This document shows positions 60,141 to 64,000 of a stretch of 64,000 nucleotides of DNA, piece by piece (within the stretch, counting starts at the first letter, position 1; the number at the start of each line of letters is the position of its first letter). The notes under the pieces are model-generated. The model worked only from the letters and a program-made list of their open reading frames with translations. It made no database searches and had not been told where the DNA came from. The translations under genes and the position numbers were made by a program. Source of the DNA: the human T2T-CHM13v2.0 reference genome, Homo sapiens; the NCBI RefSeq assembly GCF_009914755.1, contig NC_060935.1. One strand, given 5' to 3'.

Positions 60141-60714
60141 TGGTAGCTCATGTCTGTAATCCCAGAGCCTTTGGGAGGCCAAGGTGGAAGGATTACTTGA
60201 GCCCAGGAGTTTGAGACCAGCAACGTACTGAGACTCCGTCTCTACAAAAAACCCCAAACAAACAAAACTAGCTGGGCTTGCTAGTGTGTGCCTGTAATCC
60301 CAACTATTCAAGAGACTGAGGTGGGAGAATCTGAGCTCAGGAGGTCAAGGCTGCAGTGAGCTGAGATCCTGCCACTGCAATCCAGCCTGGGTGAAAGAAA
60401 AGAAGAAAAAAGGCCGGGTGCGGTGGCTCATGCCTGTAATCCTAGCACTTTGGGAGACCGAGGTGGGTGGATTACTTGAGGACAGGAGTTTGAAACCAGC
60501 CTGGCCAACATGGTGAAAGCCTGTCTCTACAAAAAATACAAAAAAATTAGCCATGTGTAATGGCAGGTGCCTGTAATCCCAGCTACCTGGGGAGGCTGAG
60601 GCAGGAGAATCGCTTGAACTGGGGAGGCAGAGGTTGCAGTGAGCCGAGATCATGCCACTGCACTCCAGCTTGGGCGACAGAGTGAGACTCTATCTAAAAA
60701 AAATAAAATAAAAT
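60141..60714 (+). mobile_element. AluJ plus AluS tandem pair
   Basis: Two forward Alus inside one 15-bp TSD AAATTGACCATTGTA (60126-60140, 60715-60729). Confidence 0.9.
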
Positions 60715-61561
60715 AAATTGACCATTGTAACCCTTCTGGATGTTTCTTTTACAAAACACAAACTCACAACAGAAGGAAAAGGTAAGTTATCTAAGTAACA
60801 ATAAGGATGTGTAATTACCATCTGGTTCAGATCACAGTGCCCTTGGTCTCTCACCAATAGTCACCCTTTACCAATAGTCACCCTCAAGAAGGTGCTGTAG
60901 AAAAGACTTGCTGTCCACCCTGAGGTCAGACTTAGGGTTTAAGTGTCAGTCCCTCTTGTAGCTCATCAGAGCTCTTCTGTTTTCCTAGGTTTACATGATC
61001 CCTTTTTGAATGTATACCTTTTACCTGAGCCAGCTTGGAAATCACCCACTGTAACTTCTGTATTTACCAAATTACACTGAATAACTTGTCATGTGCCTAT
61101 TTGGTTGTGTCACCAGGCTGTCAGCTCCTTGAGGACAGGTGCTGTGTCTCATTTGTTTTGGTATCCCCAGGGCCTAGCATGGTCCCAGACTCATGGTCGA
61201 TCAACATATATTTGCTCAATCTAGGGGATAATAAATGAGTTCTACCAACTTATTCTGCCATCATTGTGAAGCAGTTCAGTTGCTATTTGACATAAGTGCA
61301 AGATGTGATCCTGTACACAAATTAAAATCATGTGTGTAAAAAGTAATTTTTCCATAGGAATAATACTGGAAAGCTAATCATAGCTAACAGTTACAGAGTG
61401 CTTGCCCTGGGCCAGGCACGTTACACGTATTAACTAATTTAATCTTCACAAGAACCCTTATGAAGGTAGATAATATTATCCCTATTTTACCAATGAAGAA
61501 ATTAAAATACTGAGAGGCTAAACTGAAATCAGACTTCCTGGGATGAATGTGGCCCCTGACC

Positions 61562-61856
<295 letters not shown>

Positions 61857-62137
61857 TGAACTTTATTAACTGGGTGTGATTTTAACCTCTCTGTGCCTTA
61901 GTTTGCACATTTGTAAAGTGGGGATAAGAGTAATAATATCTCCTGGAGCTTTTGTGAGGACTACTGGAGTTAATGCATGTAATGCATGTTCCTGGAACAA
62001 ATGAAACACTGTCATTGTGACCTGTGAAATGTGCAGGATGGGTGGTAAAGGTGGTGGAGGGATAATGGGGTTGGGGGTGGGAATTATGTATCACCACTCC
62101 CAACACAAAAGAGATCTATGGTAGTAAAGAGAATCAT

Positions 62138-62465
<328 letters not shown>

Positions 62466-63064
62466 TTATCCTGTAAAGAAACTCAAAAGCATCAGCTATT
62501 TGGCAAACGCCCAACAGATCCACTCCCAGATTTCTATGTCGTACTTAAATCACAGCATGATCATGAGAAAAGAAACTGCAGGGCAGATGTTCACAAACAC
62601 AGCTTAGATGGCAAGCTCAAGACAAGAGGAGTGCACTGGGCAAGGCTCCGCCTGTCATCACCCGGCTAGCTCTCACACTGCACTGAATGCACTGGCTGAT
62701 GCCATGGTTTAGGCCACATAATTGCAAGAATATTGCATGTACTTTATTAAAATGTCTAAAAACACATACTATTCCAAATCTGAATAAGGCATACTATTCC
62801 AGCATACATGAATAGCTTATACTTTTATTTATCTTAAACCTGGATTCTAGTCTAATTTCAGAAAATAACCATTTATTGATTCAACTAACATTTATTGAGC
62901 ATTTACTATATATCATACACTGTTCTAGCAGCTTGGAATACATTAGTGTACAAAAGAGACAAAGATTCTCACCTTTCTGGAGCTTGCAGTCTAGCAAGTA
63001 TCTCCATAGCCACCTCCCTGGCCCAAGTCACCACCATCTTTCACCTGGATGTCTGCAGGAGCCC

Positions 63065-63442
63065 TGACATGGTTTGGTTGTGTCCCCACCCAAAATCTCA
63101 TCTTGAATTGTATTCTGAATTGTAATCCCCACGTGTTGGGGGTGGGACCTCGTGGGAGGTGATTAGATCATGGGGGCGGTTTCCCTATGCTGTTCTCATG
63201 ATAGTGAATGAGTTCTCAGGAGATCTTATGGTTTTATAAGGGGTTTATCTCACTTCACTCGGCACTTCTCTCTCCTGCCGCCATGTGAAAAAGGATGTGT
63301 TTGCTTTCCCTTCCCATTATATTTGTAAGTTTCCTGAGGCCTCCCCAGCCATGCGTAACTGTGAGTCAATCAAATCTCTTTCCTTTATAAATTACCCAGT
63401 CTCAGGTATGCTTTCATAGCAGCGTGAGAACGGACGTATACA
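63065..63442 (+). mobile_element. THE1D/MSTA-like MaLR solo LTR
   Basis: TG...CA termini, THE1/MST motifs, perfect 5-bp TSD AGCCC. Confidence 0.9.
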
Positions 63443-63509
63443 AGCCCCTATCTGTCTCCCTGCTTCACTCTCGCTCCCCTTCCATCCAGGCTCCATACAG
63501 GAGCAAGAG

Positions 63510-63950
63510 CGATGGCCAAAGAACAAAATTCCAACAAAATGAGTTTTAAAGATCTAATTGGCATTTATTAGTGATTCATGAATTGAGTAGCATCTTGCCT
63601 GGCAGAACAATGGGTTTTTACAAGATAGCTTGAGCAGGAACAATAAAGCAGCATAATACAAAAAAGTGGACTGATTAACATCAGGCTACCTCAGGATACT
63701 TTCCTTGTAAGGGTTAAAGCAGGGGAACCTTCCTTATCATGCGGGTGTTGCCTGGGCCCTTTGCGATTAGTTGTGAATCTGCTGTCTTTTTTTTTTTTGG
63801 AAAAGCTGGACTGTTTGGGGATTTGCCTGTTTTTGTTTTTTAAGTTTCAGTTTGATCATGTGGCACTTAAGAGTGTTTCCATTTTGGTGTGATCTATTGG
63901 GACCTACTACAGGAGAAGGTCAGTACAAGACAGTGGCATCCCATCAATTT
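63510..63950 (-). mobile_element. Probable ERV1 (MER4-group) LTR remnant, followed by an Alu tail at the window end
   Basis: aaagatctaattggcatttattagtgattcatgaatt resembles MER4-group LTRs; family uncertain. Confidence 0.4.
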
Positions 63951-64000
63951 TATTTTTTGTTTTGTTTTGTTTTGTTTTTGTTTGTTTTGAGATGGAGTCT

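Overview
This is human (primate) genomic DNA, Alu-dense with about 45 Alu copies. From the encoded proteins I recognise it as the POGLUT3 (KDELC2)-EXPH5 locus (11q22.3; recalled, not looked up). Both genes are on the - strand. The window holds the POGLUT3 CpG-island promoter and coding exon 1 (5661-5862). It also holds EXPH5 (exophilin-5/Slac2-b) exons 2-6: 49149-49309, 46527-46689, 35626-35674, 25726-25864 and a giant terminal exon with CDS 17028-22366 and a 3'UTR to about 12927. All junctions are GT-AG and phase-compatible; EXPH5 exon 1 and POGLUT3 exon 2 onward lie outside the window. The rest is intron or intergenic sequence with Alu, MIR, L2, L1, MaLR/ERV LTRs and DNA-transposon fossils. 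Almost all short ORFs in the track are repeat-derived or chance. I see no clearly new biological system. The best leads are: (i) a + strand terminal-exon-like unit in EXPH5 intron 5, plus other antisense splice signals; (ii) a MER41A LTR with an extended 3' end containing a PBS and splice donor inside its target-site duplication; (iii) internal first-exon and skipping routes to EXPH5 proteins lacking the Rab27-binding domain; (iv) a poly(A) signal just after the EXPH5 stop codon; (v) repeated short linear motifs in the disordered EXPH5 tail; and (vi) two local duplications. Repeat boundaries and subfamily calls are by eye and approximate.
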